Positions 33,384 through 43,551 of a stretch of DNA of 64,000 bases are shown here, one piece after another; the first letter of the stretch is position 1, and every line of letters starts with the position of its first letter. The translations under genes were made by a program, and so were the position numbers. The notes under the pieces were generated by a model, which saw only the letters and a list, made by a program, of their open reading frames with translations, ran no database searches and was not told the DNA's origin. The stretch is taken from assembly GCA_963715335.1 (NCBI GenBank), contig CAVQRZ010000023.1, positions 32,001 through 96,000 on the forward strand, written 5' to 3'. Origin of the DNA: an uncultured delta proteobacterium. Lineage in GTDB: Bacteria > Desulfobacterota > Desulfuromonadia > Desulfuromonadales > BM103.

Positions 33384-35243
33384 TCAATCGCTTTTCACAC
33401 CTTCTGTGTTAACTCTCGCCAGTAATTGGTTGCTCCGATCCAGAAAACGCGACATGCGCTCCTGATCAAAGGCCCGGCATGTCAACATGGCCAGATCATA
33501 CACCTGGGCAACCAACAGCTCCACATCTTGCGTTTGCTGCTTTGCATGTAACTCGAGGATGTTTGCCACGACCGGACAGGAAGCGTTGACCAACAACGAC
33601 GGCCCCTTCTCGGAGAGGGAGACATCCCTACCCAGGGTACGCGACATCTCCTGAAAACGCCGATCCTGTTCGGAAAAAAGCGCCATTGCCGGAACCGAAC
33701 TATCCTTCAGTCGTTCAACACGGATCTCGATTGAATCGTCCTGAAGATTTTGTTTGAACAAGTCGGCGATCCTCTCATCGCGGGTCTTGCCATCCTCACC
33801 ATCAATCAGGTCGGCAGCCTTGTCCTGCTGGAGCAGGTTCTCCGTGACGTCTGCATCGACCCTGGCGAACTTGATTTCGGTGTTTTTCATCTCCAGGAAC
33901 TGGATGAAATGTGAGTCGATCTGGGCATCCAGGACCAGCACGTTCAACCCCTGGGCTTTGAACAGTTTGAGATAAGTCGATTGGGCAACGGCATCGTTCG
34001 TGTAATAAACCGTCGTGGCTTTTGCCGCAGAGTTGCTCTCTAAGTATTCCGGCAGGGTCGTCCACTCATCAGAACCGCTCAGGGCGAACAACATATGGTC
34101 CTTGAGCTTTTCGTAGAATTTGTCATCCTTCATCATACCGAACTTGACAAAAGTGTGAATATCCTTCCAGACAGCTGAAAATGCTTTTCGATCGTCCTTG
34201 TCCAGTTCTACCAGTTTCCCGGCAACGCGACTGGAGATGACATCGCGAATCTTGCGCACCTGCGGCTCATTCTGCAGGTAACTACGGGAGACGTTCAACG
34301 GCAGATCCGGGGCATCAAGACAACCCTGCAACGGCATCAGAAATTCAGGGATCAGTTCCGGGCAGTTGTCGCTGACAAAGACCTGGTTACAGAATAGCTT
34401 GATGTGACTTTTGGTCACATCGAACTCATTTGTCAGCCTGGGGAAGTAGAGAATCCCCTTGAGATTGAAAGGAAAGTCAATATTCAGGTGAATCCAGAAC
34501 AGAGGCTCATCGGAAAACGGATACAACTTACGGTAGAACTTTCTGTAATCCTCCTCGTTAAGTTCCGAAGCCATTCGCGTCCACAAGGGGTTCTGATCAT
34601 TGACGACATCACCTTCAAGGTGAATGGCAACCGGGAGAAAGTTACAATAACGGGTCAGGACTTCGCGAGCACGGGCAGGCTCAAGAAATTCCAGCTCATC
34701 TTTTACGAGATGGAGAACAACTTCAGTCCCCCGCTCGCTTTTTTTAATTTCGTTTATCTCGTAACTGGTCGAGCCATCGCACGTCCAATGGACACCCGTG
34801 GCACCCTCCTGGTAGCTGAGGGTCCGTATTTCGACCTTCCCTGCGACCATGAACGAAGAATAAAAGCCGAGTCCGAAATGTCCTATGATCTGGCTCTTGT
34901 CTTCAAGGTCTTTGAATTTCTGCACAAACTCCTCTGCCGAGGAGAAGGCAATCTGGTTGATGTAACGGCGCACTTCATCTGCCGTCATGCCGATCCCGTT
35001 GTCCTTGATCGTCAGGGTCTTGTCGGCCTTGTTCAGGTAGACGTCAACACGATATTCCTCGGACTGCTGCAAGCCCTCCATGAGGTTGACATGCTGCATT
35101 TTATGAATCGCGTCAACGGCGTTGGAGACGAGCTCACGCAGGAAAATTTCTTTTTCGCTGTAAAGCCACTTCTTGATGATCGGAAAGATATTTTCCGTAT
35201 GAATGGAGATACTACCCTTTTCTGTTTTTTTTCTGGCTGACAT
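33384..35243 (-). CDS. htpG: Chaperone HtpG (Hsp90)
   Basis: FLRELVSNA, DNGIGM, IGHFGLGFYS, LPLNVSRS. Confidence 0.97.
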   Translation of the reverse strand: MSARKKTEKGSISIHTENIFPIIKKWLYSEKEIFLRELVSNAVDAIHKMQHVNLMEGLQQSEEYRVDVYLNKADKTLTIKDNGIGMTADEVRRYINQIAFSSAEEFVQKFKDLEDKSQIIGHFGLGFYSSFMVAGKVEIRTLSYQEGATGVHWTCDGSTSYEINEIKKSERGTEVVLHLVKDELEFLEPARAREVLTRYCNFLPVAIHLEGDVVNDQNPLWTRMASELNEEDYRKFYRKLYPFSDEPLFWIHLNIDFPFNLKGILYFPRLTNEFDVTKSHIKLFCNQVFVSDNCPELIPEFLMPLQGCLDAPDLPLNVSRSYLQNEPQVRKIRDVISSRVAGKLVELDKDDRKAFSAVWKDIHTFVKFGMMKDDKFYEKLKDHMLFALSGSDEWTTLPEYLESNSAAKATTVYYTNDAVAQSTYLKLFKAQGLNVLVLDAQIDSHFIQFLEMKNTEIKFARVDADVTENLLQQDKAADLIDGEDGKTRDERIADLFKQNLQDDSIEIRVERLKDSSVPAMALFSEQDRRFQEMSRTLGRDVSLSEKGPSLLVNASCPVVANILELHAKQQTQDVELLVAQVYDLAMLTCRAFDQERMSRFLDRSNQLLARVNTEGVKSD

Positions 35244-35323
35244 AAAAACCTCCCGGAGACATAAATACCCGGGAGGAAGATAGTTACGATGAAGAGGAAT
35301 GTCAAGTCTGCCAGGTGCCAGGG

Positions 35324-35662
35324 TCAGGCGCCGTGGACGTCATCATGGGTATCCAGAGGCCCTTTCTGCTTCCACAAACGCATGAGGTCGCGATAAGAGT
35401 CAACGTTGAGATTCAGTTCTGGTTCGTTATGATGCAGCACAACCGTAGCGTCATAATGACGTACGCCCCAACCGAGACAGAAGACACATATCAGCATGGG
35501 CAAGGCGACCCTGGCGAAAAAATACAGAGAGTGACCCAATGTACGGCCCCACAGTCGCCGCAAATTGGCCAGGATCCCATCCTGACGGCCGGAAAGGACC
35601 ATATACAGAGACACGGCTGCAACATAAAGGGCAAACAACCCGAATACAATATGTGCATTCAT
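35324..35662 (-). CDS. Small hypothetical membrane protein
   Basis: SD GGAGGT before ATG 35662; two hydrophobic segments. Confidence 0.65.
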   Translation of the reverse strand: MNAHIVFGLFALYVAAVSLYMVLSGRQDGILANLRRLWGRTLGHSLYFFARVALPMLICVFCLGWGVRHYDATVVLHHNEPELNLNVDSYRDLMRLWKQKGPLDTHDDVHGA

Positions 35663-35780
35663 GACGCCTACCTCCGCAGAGTTACAACAGAACCTTAACT
35701 CTCTTTCATTATAAGCAACACTCCTGAATTTGCAAGATAATATAGAACAATGTTCTAACAGATGCGCCAGAGATCGCGCA

Positions 35781-36200
35781 TCATTCGCCGATAATCTTGA
35801 CCAGAACACGCTTGCGTCGGCGGCCATCAAATTCACCATAGAAGATCTGCTCCCATGGGCCGAAATCAAGCTGACCGGCAGTGACAGCAACCACCACCTC
35901 TCGCCCCATTATGGTTCGTTTCAGATGCCCGTCGCCATTATCCTCGCCGGTGTTGTTATGCTGGTAGAGTGACAAAGGCTCATGGGGCGCCAACAGTTCG
36001 AGCCAGCGCTCGAAATCCTGGTGCAGCCCTCTTTCGTCGTCATTTATAAAGACGGACGCGGTAATATGCATGGCATTGCACAGGACAAGTCCTTCCCGTA
36101 TACCGCTTTCACGTACACAGGCTTCGACCTGGGAAGTGATATTCATAAAGCCACGACGGCTGGAAATTTCGAACCATAACTCTTTGCGATAAGACTTCAT
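35781..36200 (-). CDS. yjbQ: YjbQ / UPF0047 family protein
   Basis: [33 protein letters not shown]; start ATG 36200. Confidence 0.93.
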   Translation of the reverse strand: MKSYRKELWFEISSRRGFMNITSQVEACVRESGIREGLVLCNAMHITASVFINDDERGLHQDFERWLELLAPHEPLSLYQHNNTGEDNGDGHLKRTIMGREVVVAVTAGQLDFGPWEQIFYGEFDGRRRKRVLVKIIGE

Positions 36201-36267
36201 ATTCGCTCCCTTGACCCAGGTCATTGAATAAACTGCTGGTTGTTTATACAAAAGACATCATGATAAA

Positions 36268-37338
36268 ATGCCGGTTGAGGTTCTGTCGATGCACAGGCAG
36301 GCTGACCCACTCCATCGAGGTCACTTGATGACTGTTTCCCCGTTCATAATATCACCCAGAGTGTTATTGCTCACCTTGATTTACATTCTTCTTTTATCCG
36401 GTCACGCCGTACCGACCCGTGCGGATTCGACACTGGTCGACCTCGAAGAAATCCCGGCAATTAGCCTGGAGACGACAAACGGGCTGCAGGCCTTTTTCCA
36501 GACCCTCGATTATGACTGGAAAGAACTGGAAGAAGGCGTCCCACCATTGATACTCGAAAACATTCCAGACGACATCGACCGGACAGCGAGCGCCATGGCA
36601 AAGAAACATACGTTTTTTATGGGCCTGCTACCAATGGTTCTGCTGGCCAACCAGGAGATCGAACAGGAGCGGGAAGATATTTTGGCGATATTGGACAGAC
36701 ACAAATCAAATCGGATACTGGACGGAGATATCGAACGTCTGGATGAAGTTCTCAAGCGTTACGGTCTGCGTGGCCACCCGTTCACTGACCACCGGACCCG
36801 GTCCCGATTACTGCGGAGAGTCGACATCATTCCTCCAGCCCTGGTCCTGGCCCAAGCGGCCAACGAATCGGCGTGGGGGAGCTCGCGGTTTGCCCAGCTC
36901 GGCAACAACCTGTTCGGTGAATGGACATACAAGCCAGGGACAGGGATCGTGCCGCAGGGACGGCCGGAAGGGGCAACTTACGAGGTCCGCAAATTCTCCA
37001 GTCTTTATGAATCGATCCGCAGTTACATGAACAACCTCAATCGCAACGGGGCGTACCGCAAGCTGCGTGAGATACGGGAGAAGCTGCGCAAATCGGGTCA
37101 ACCAGTGACCGGAATGGCGATGGCTGGAGGGTTGGAAAAGTATTCCGAGCGTGGCCATGACTATATCAGGGAGATCCAGGTCCTGATCCGCCAGAACAAA
37201 CTCGCACGGGCCAACGATGCCTCCCTGCGCCGGCCAGAGATGGACACCAGCACGATCATCGGTACATCCGGCTCCGGTCTCTTCTCTACGCGCAGCAGAC
37301 TGATCGGGCATCGTCTACCGGCGCGGCAAAACCCATAA
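36268..37338 (+). CDS. Bax-like glucosaminidase-domain protein (start may be 36328)
   Basis: LAQAANESAWGSSRFA...NNLFG, YMNNLN, YSERG. Confidence 0.85.
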   Translation: MPVEVLSMHRQADPLHRGHLMTVSPFIISPRVLLLTLIYILLLSGHAVPTRADSTLVDLEEIPAISLETTNGLQAFFQTLDYDWKELEEGVPPLILENIPDDIDRTASAMAKKHTFFMGLLPMVLLANQEIEQEREDILAILDRHKSNRILDGDIERLDEVLKRYGLRGHPFTDHRTRSRLLRRVDIIPPALVLAQAANESAWGSSRFAQLGNNLFGEWTYKPGTGIVPQGRPEGATYEVRKFSSLYESIRSYMNNLNRNGAYRKLREIREKLRKSGQPVTGMAMAGGLEKYSERGHDYIREIQVLIRQNKLARANDASLRRPEMDTSTIIGTSGSGLFSTRSRLIGHRLPARQNP

Positions 37339-38340
37339 CTGGCTGTACCAGTACCAGGTCCTGCCGTCACGTTCCGATGCCGTGACCGTATATTTGCTGC
37401 GCCGCCCGGCAAGCGGACGGTTAGGCTGGATCTCGTAGAGGTTCTCCTCGCCCGGCACCACCCTCACCTGGCATTCCGGCTGACCGGGCACGAAACAACG
37501 CAGCGTCCTCCTGTCAAACGGACCGTCTTCAAGCGAGAAGACCAGTCTTGGAGGATTATCGTCCTCAATCACGGGGGTCTTGGGAGTGACAACCTTGACA
37601 GGCAGGTGTTTTAAGAGAAGTTTGTCCTGGAATTCACCGGGATCGGCATAAACGCCTCCCGTCGGGAAACGCGGCAAGCTGAAAAGATCCTGGTCTGACG
37701 TCAATACGCCTGATTGCTGACCGAAGGCGGCATCGAACCCGACTTGCCTGACCAGTTCGACAAGTTCCGGGGAAAATTCACCATAGGGATAGGCGAACAG
37801 GCGCGGCGCAAAGCCCAGGTTTTTTTCAAAGAGCTGCTGGGCCTGGCTGAGATCTCCAAGAACTCTGGCCGCCCAATTCTCATCGTTCATCTGGTCAAGC
37901 AGATAAGCATGGCTGGCAGAGTGATTGCCTATCTCAACCCCCTCTCCGCGCAAAGCTCTCAACTCATGCCAGTCTAGATATTCCCCCTCACCCACCGTAT
38001 CCGCACTGACAAAAAGAGTTGCCGGGAAACCAAAGCTCTTGAGAAGTGGCCAACCGGCGGTGGCAAAAGAACGATAGGCATCGTCTATGGTGATTACCGC
38101 GCAGCGTTGCGGCAGGCTCTCCCCACGCTTTATCCTGTCAACTACCTCCCCGAGTGGAAGAACGGTAAAATTCAGCCGTTGTATGGTTTCAAGGTGGGCG
38201 CGGAAATCCCGGGTGGGAATATTGGTCGAAGGGAAGCGGGCATCGTCGAAGCGGTGGTAAACAAAGACATTCGCCTGGCCTGCGGCTGCTGCCTGCACAG
38301 ACAGGCAAAGCAAAACGACTCCGAAAACCAGTAAGCTGGA
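37315..38340 (-). CDS. Secreted polysaccharide deacetylase (start codon uncertain)
   Basis: YHRF, ITIDDAY, IGNHSASH, FAYPYG. Confidence 0.88.
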   Translation of the reverse strand, partial: SSLLVFGVVLLCLSVQAAAAGQANVFVYHRFDDARFPSTNIPTRDFRAHLETIQRLNFTVLPLGEVVDRIKRGESLPQRCAVITIDDAYRSFATAGWPLLKSFGFPATLFVSADTVGEGEYLDWHELRALRGEGVEIGNHSASHAYLLDQMNDENWAARVLGDLSQAQQLFEKNLGFAPRLFAYPYGEFSPELVELVRQVGFDAAFGQQSGVLTSDQDLFSLPRFPTGGVYADPGEFQDKLLLKHLPVKVVTPKTPVIEDDNPPRLVFSLEDGPFDRRTLRCFVPGQPECQVRVVPGEENLYEIQPNRPLAGRRSKYTVTASERDGRTWYWYSQLWVLPRR

Positions 38341-38347
38341 GAGGAGA

Positions 38348-39835
38348 TCAGGCTTTCTCCTTGCCGCCGCGCTGCTTGACTTTGGAGCGCAGGTAACGAC
38401 GGATACTGTTGCGGGCCCGCGGCGTGACAGCCCACTCCAGCCATTTGGGCAACACGGTTGGTCGGTCTGCTGTTTCAACATCGATTTGATCCCCATCCAT
38501 CAGGCGTGCCTTGAGTTGACGAATCTTGCCGTTGATGCGTACGCGAACGGCGTGCAAGCCGAGTTGTTCGTGGATATTAAAAGCAAAGTCCAGCGCGCTG
38601 CAACCTTCGGGTAACGTACGGACATCCCCCTGAGGGGTATAGACCTGGATTGATGCAGAGGCAAGGCGCAGGCTGTCCATGTCAAAAGCCGACTCGCCTT
38701 CGATCAGAGACTGCATCAATTCTTCAAAGTTCTTGCTGCGGAATTCGAAGCCTGGGGCCAGCACACCGGAATCGTTGAAACGCGCAAGCTTGCGCGTTGT
38801 GATTTCGATACGTAAACGCGCCTCTCCGGCCTGGACGCTGGTTTTCAAGGCCTGGTAACCATATTGCGAAGGCACATTCAGGTGGTCCCGCAGTTTACCG
38901 GGGATCGGCGGGTAGAGACGATGCAACAAACCCAGAGTGTGGTAGGCATCCATAAAACTGTCCACCAGGATATCCAGAGTATAGAGGGCCTGCAGTCCGC
39001 GGGGAGTGGAGCGGGCGGCGGCGATTGAAAACGAGCGCCAACGATCCTTGACCAATGCATCGATCTTGTGATGTTCGAGGATATTATGGACTTCTGAACG
39101 GATCAACCCGAGACTCGAATCATAACCTTTGCGGAGTTCAGCGACGGCGGCTGCGTATCGCTCTGCACGGTTCGGATAGAGGATCGTCAGCGACAGCGCT
39201 TCGAGCTCAGTCGCAACGCGCCCCATGCCAAGATGCCTGGCGAGGGGAACGTAAATAGTCCTGGTTTCCTCGGCGATCAGGCGCTGTTTCTCAGAGTTCA
39301 GGGCCTGTATGGTCTGCAGGTTGTCAATCCGATCCCAGAACTTCAGGCACAGGACCCGAACATCCCGAACCGCAAGCAGGACCTGTTTACGGTACGTCTG
39401 TTCCTTGAGGGCACTCCGGCTGAGCAAGTCGTCATCCACCTTGGTCAGACCGTCAACCAGCAGGCGGGTCTCTTCGCCGAACATATCGTTGATATCCTCA
39501 AGGGTTGTCGGCGTATCTTCAACGACATCGTGTAATATGGCTGCGTTGACCGAGGCGAAATCCATCCAGTGCCGGGCGGCCATGTGAGCAACTCGCAGGG
39601 GGTGGAAAAAATAGGGCTCACCAGACTTGCGCAACTGTTGGCGATGCGCTGTCTGCGCGAGTTTGATGGCCTTCTGCAATGCATCGATCGATTCGTCGAG
39701 GACAGAATCACTGAGACTGCCGCCATAATGCGTTACCAGCAACTCCATGATTTCGTTAATCAGGCGCAGCTGACGCTTGTCGTCGTACTTCTCCGGCGCA
39801 TCAGGCTCGGCTATTGGTTGATGAATCGTCTCCAT
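38348..39835 (-). CDS. RelA/SpoT homologue: HD hydrolase, degenerate synthetase and TGS domains
   Basis: RKSGEPYFFHP, ILHDVVEDT; TGS (LDFAFNIH); synthetase motifs eroded. Confidence 0.85.
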   Translation of the reverse strand: METIHQPIAEPDAPEKYDDKRQLRLINEIMELLVTHYGGSLSDSVLDESIDALQKAIKLAQTAHRQQLRKSGEPYFFHPLRVAHMAARHWMDFASVNAAILHDVVEDTPTTLEDINDMFGEETRLLVDGLTKVDDDLLSRSALKEQTYRKQVLLAVRDVRVLCLKFWDRIDNLQTIQALNSEKQRLIAEETRTIYVPLARHLGMGRVATELEALSLTILYPNRAERYAAAVAELRKGYDSSLGLIRSEVHNILEHHKIDALVKDRWRSFSIAAARSTPRGLQALYTLDILVDSFMDAYHTLGLLHRLYPPIPGKLRDHLNVPSQYGYQALKTSVQAGEARLRIEITTRKLARFNDSGVLAPGFEFRSKNFEELMQSLIEGESAFDMDSLRLASASIQVYTPQGDVRTLPEGCSALDFAFNIHEQLGLHAVRVRINGKIRQLKARLMDGDQIDVETADRPTVLPKWLEWAVTPRARNSIRRYLRSKVKQRGGKEKA

Positions 39836-39936
39836 TCAGAAAACTTCCAGGTTAGGGATATGGCCGATATTAAATCAGAAATCACCGTGTCGCAACCCTG
39901 TTCCTGCCGATCGATCGAAGTACGGCAAGGCCCCTT

Positions 39937-40284
39937 CTAACCGGGAGGCCAGGTCATGTCGCGGCCGCCCATCAGATGAAAGTGAATGTGCCACACAGTT
40001 TGGCCGCCGGCATCGTTGGTATTGTTGACCATACGGAAGCCATCTTCGGAGAAACCGAGGTCATGGGCGAGTTTGCCCGCCACCTGGTAAACGTGTCCGA
40101 TCAACTCATTATCGGCGGTCGTCAAGTCCAGAGTTGTGCGGATATGCTTCCTGGGCACGATCAAAAGATGGTTGGGGGCCTGGGGGTTGATGTCTTCGAC
40201 GACAACGACCCGGTCATCCTGGTAAACAAATTTCCCCGGGATGTCTCCGGCGATGATCTTACAAAAGATGCAATTGTCGGGCAT
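39937..40284 (-). CDS. hinT: Histidine triad nucleotide-binding protein
   Basis: CIFCKI, GQTVWHIHFH; start ATG 40284. Confidence 0.93.
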   Translation of the reverse strand: MPDNCIFCKIIAGDIPGKFVYQDDRVVVVEDINPQAPNHLLIVPRKHIRTTLDLTTADNELIGHVYQVAGKLAHDLGFSEDGFRMVNNTNDAGGQTVWHIHFHLMGGRDMTWPPG

Positions 40285-42412
40285 GCTCTCCTCCTTCCTC
40301 ATCCGTGTTCGCGTCGGCAGTGCCCCCGTCCAGCGGGACCACATGCCAGCGCTCTCGTGCGGCCCGCTTGCCTAGTTCCAGGTTATGACTAAACAGGACC
40401 AGTTGTCCATCAGCTGAGGCAAGGTCAACCAGGTTCAGCGCAGTCGCGAGGCGTTTCTGATCAAGGTGCACAAAAGGGTCGTCAAGCATCAGGGGCAAAG
40501 ACCTGCCATCATTACGGATCTTTGTCAAACTGGTACGCAGGGCCAGGTAAAGGGCGTCTAAAGTCCCTCTGCTCAAGTTTTCGGCCGACAGCCAACGGCG
40601 CCCGTCAATCTGGACTGACGGGATCATGTTTTCATCCAGCCTGATTGCCGTGTATTGACCAGCCGTGATCTTGGCAAACAACTTACCGGCCTCCTGGTTG
40701 AGGCGGAGAAGATGCGAGCGGCTGAATTCATCAACAGCACCGGCCAGAAGATTGATCGCTTTGCGCAGCAAAGCGATGCGAAGCTCAAGTTCATGCTTGC
40801 GCTTCTGCAATGCGGTGCCATCGCCTTCTGCTCTGCCAGCCTGTGTAGAATTCAGCTTCTCAAGCTGCATAGTCAGGCTTTGCAGGTGATCTTCTTTCCG
40901 GCTCATTTCAGCTTCAAAGTCTGCCAGCCGGGCTTCCAGCTCAGACAGCTCATCGGCAGGGCCATCCTCTTCATGAAGTCCGGTTTCCACGTTTTGCTCT
41001 TGCGGTCGAGGCTCAATGTGCTCCGCAACATCGTCAACCGGCTGCTCGGCAGCCGGCTGGGACCAGTAACGCTCCAGCAGTTCACGGTTCGATGATACAA
41101 TTTTCTGCAGCCGGACCAGGTCGATCGGTGAGCATGGCAGGCCAATAGCTTCGCAACGCTCACTGAGTACAGACTGACGCTTCTGTGTGGCAAGTTTTTT
41201 CCGGTCCAGCTTGCCGCGTTCTGTTTTGCATTCGGCATGAGCCTTTCTGCTGCACATCAAACGCCAGCCGCACCAGCCTGAGAAGAACGCCACGACAATG
41301 CCGGCAAAGACTGCAACGGCGAGTGGATAAAGCTGCCGCCACCACGCGGCGCCGGTTACCAGTGCAAGCAGGATGCAGACCGACAACAGCGCCGTCCAGG
41401 GCGTCCCTGGGATCTTTTTTTCACGGTTGCCGAGGACGGCATAAGGCTGTTGCAGTGTGCTCATCTCCTGCCTGATCTCGGCAGCCTCGGCCAGCAGTTC
41501 GGGAAGGTTTCTCGGTGGGTTCTCAGGCAGGCCGGCTGCTGCCAGCTGCATACAGATATGATCATTTTTTACCGCATCGACCGGTTGAGATTGTTTGTCA
41601 CTAACCGTTTGAAAGATCTTTACCGGGGATGTCGTTTGCTGGCTGCGGACATGCTCGACATAGCGGAGACCTTTTTCATGTTCGAGACGATCGCTGACCA
41701 GTTCAGCAGACAAGGTTTCGATCTGCCCTGCAATTTCAGTTGCGTCATCTAATTCAACGAAAACCGGCACCGTATCGACAGGTCCGAGGTTACCCAGCTC
41801 CCGACAGATGTCTTCATATTCACGATCACGCTGCTTGTCACGACCCCATGGGTTGCTGCGCGTCAGGTTGAAGTGTTCGTCCAGCAGGCTATCAAGGATA
41901 TCGGCGTAGTCGACTTCAGCTGTGCCGCTGACCAGGGTGCGGAGCTTCTGCGCCAGTTCGTCGTCACTCCATTCCTGGGGTCGGTGGCCAAAGAAATATG
42001 TCGCCCGGAACAATTTCTCGTCAGAGATGCCAATTAAAGATTCAAGCAGTTCCCGGTATTCACGACACGATGAACTACGCCCGCGCAGGGGAACTTTACC
42101 GGAGAAGTGTGACAAAGGCTGATAAAGGTCGTCGCGTTCAACCAGTTCGACATCATCGGTGACCAGATTGCGTTTGACCTGGATCGTCCTGCCGCCACCC
42201 TCAAAGAAAAGCGTCGCCGAGCAGGCATTACGGCCCCAGGGCTTGAACCTTTCCAGGCGATCCGTGCCAAACAGCACCGCCGGAACAGCTTCTGCAATGG
42301 TTGACTTGCCCGCTTCATTGGGCCCGATCACAAGGTTCAAACCACGTCTGAATTCGACGGTCTGACCACGAAACCTGCCGAAATTCTCCATTTCGATACT
42401 GCGCAGGATCAT
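40259..42412 (-). CDS. SbcC/Rad50/YhaN-like ABC ATPase with coiled coil and two central TM helices
   Basis: GPNEAGKST, LSRGT, LMLDDPFVHLD, LFSH. Confidence 0.88.
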   Translation of the reverse strand: MILRSIEMENFGRFRGQTVEFRRGLNLVIGPNEAGKSTIAEAVPAVLFGTDRLERFKPWGRNACSATLFFEGGGRTIQVKRNLVTDDVELVERDDLYQPLSHFSGKVPLRGRSSSCREYRELLESLIGISDEKLFRATYFFGHRPQEWSDDELAQKLRTLVSGTAEVDYADILDSLLDEHFNLTRSNPWGRDKQRDREYEDICRELGNLGPVDTVPVFVELDDATEIAGQIETLSAELVSDRLEHEKGLRYVEHVRSQQTTSPVKIFQTVSDKQSQPVDAVKNDHICMQLAAAGLPENPPRNLPELLAEAAEIRQEMSTLQQPYAVLGNREKKIPGTPWTALLSVCILLALVTGAAWWRQLYPLAVAVFAGIVVAFFSGWCGWRLMCSRKAHAECKTERGKLDRKKLATQKRQSVLSERCEAIGLPCSPIDLVRLQKIVSSNRELLERYWSQPAAEQPVDDVAEHIEPRPQEQNVETGLHEEDGPADELSELEARLADFEAEMSRKEDHLQSLTMQLEKLNSTQAGRAEGDGTALQKRKHELELRIALLRKAINLLAGAVDEFSRSHLLRLNQEAGKLFAKITAGQYTAIRLDENMIPSVQIDGRRWLSAENLSRGTLDALYLALRTSLTKIRNDGRSLPLMLDDPFVHLDQKRLATALNLVDLASADGQLVLFSHNLELGKRAARERWHVVPLDGGTADANTDEEGGEHARQLHLL

Positions 42413-42594
42413 ATCGCGTCACCTTCCATTGCCTGGAAGCGGGTCAGGAGAAGTTGCAGGGCCTGTTCCAGCAGCGTCACCTCATCGGTGTCTGCCCCTT
42501 CAGCCTGTTCAAGTACCATGCGGACCAGAACACCCCGCACACTCTCCTCGCGGGCCAAGGCCTTGATCTGGTCGCTTCCCAGCAATCCTGTCAT
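42409..42594 (-). CDS. 61-aa helical protein translationally coupled to the ATPase
   Basis: SD GGGGAG; ATGA overlap with the ATPase start; amphipathic helices. Confidence 0.65.
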   Translation of the reverse strand: MTGLLGSDQIKALAREESVRGVLVRMVLEQAEGADTDEVTLLEQALQLLLTRFQAMEGDAI

Positions 42595-42750
42595 TCGACT
42601 CCCCCATCAAAGAATTCTGTATAATAACAAACGTGCTGTCGGCAGGCCACACCGAACCTTATACAGTAACCACCCACTGTTCGGCGACAAGCGTAGATTA
42701 ATCCGGTAAAATTTTCCGCCAGGGCAGCAAATTCTTCAGTCAGCATCACG

Positions 42751-43551
42751 TTACTGACCCTCTGTTTCAGCATCAAAAAAGTCGTTATCCCGGTTCTTCC
42801 AGATATGATCCCGTCGGTAATCCCACCAGCTCGAGTCAGCATCAAACGACAAACTTTCACCGACCAGAATCAGGGTCAGTGCCGGACGCGGGTTCGGGTT
42901 TTCGAGGTTGAAAAAATCTCTCGAGCCGACTCTATCCACAATCGTGTCGAGTGTCGCCATGATCAACTCCTCTCCTGGCAGCCCTACCTTGTGCGCCAGT
43001 GCTATCGGCACATCTCTACCATAACCGGTTCGCAGCTGTGATACCAACTCGGCCAGCGGCAGATTATTCATGTAAATCACCAGGGTCACCCCGGGGGCGG
43101 CGAGGTCTGTCATGGTTAGAGCGTCGGGGCCATCACCGAGCGTCCGTGGCGAAGCCAGGACGGCTCGACTGCAGGCCCCCGGGAGGTCCAGGGTCTTTTT
43201 CAACACCGCTGATGCGGCATTTACCGAACCGACACCCGGGACAACTACGGCGAGCTCACCCAGCCCGTCAACCAGGGCCTGAAACGGTGAGTAGAAGGTC
43301 AGATCACCCGGCACCAGGAAAGCGACCGGAGCTGTTTCGAGCTGGGCCCTGATCATTCTGGTCAGATCGGCAAAATAGTATGCAAAGGGGACAAACAGCT
43401 CCTTGCCAACCAGAAGTTCGGCAAAAGTCTGGTCGTAAAACGGTGGGACATAGACGACCGGACAACCTTGTAGAATGCGTTCGGCACGACGCGTCAACAG
43501 TTCCGGGTCACCGGGTCCGGCACCGAGGAAATAGACCCGGTTCTCCATCAC
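42751..43551 (-). CDS. Tetrapyrrole (CbiF/CobM-like) SAM-dependent methyltransferase
   Basis: GAGPGDPELLT, PGDLTFYS, VVPGV. Confidence 0.8.
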   Translation of the reverse strand: MMENRVYFLGAGPGDPELLTRRAERILQGCPVVYVPPFYDQTFAELLVGKELFVPFAYYFADLTRMIRAQLETAPVAFLVPGDLTFYSPFQALVDGLGELAVVVPGVGSVNAASAVLKKTLDLPGACSRAVLASPRTLGDGPDALTMTDLAAPGVTLVIYMNNLPLAELVSQLRTGYGRDVPIALAHKVGLPGEELIMATLDTIVDRVGSRDFFNLENPNPRPALTLILVGESLSFDADSSWWDYRRDHIWKNRDNDFFDAETEGQ

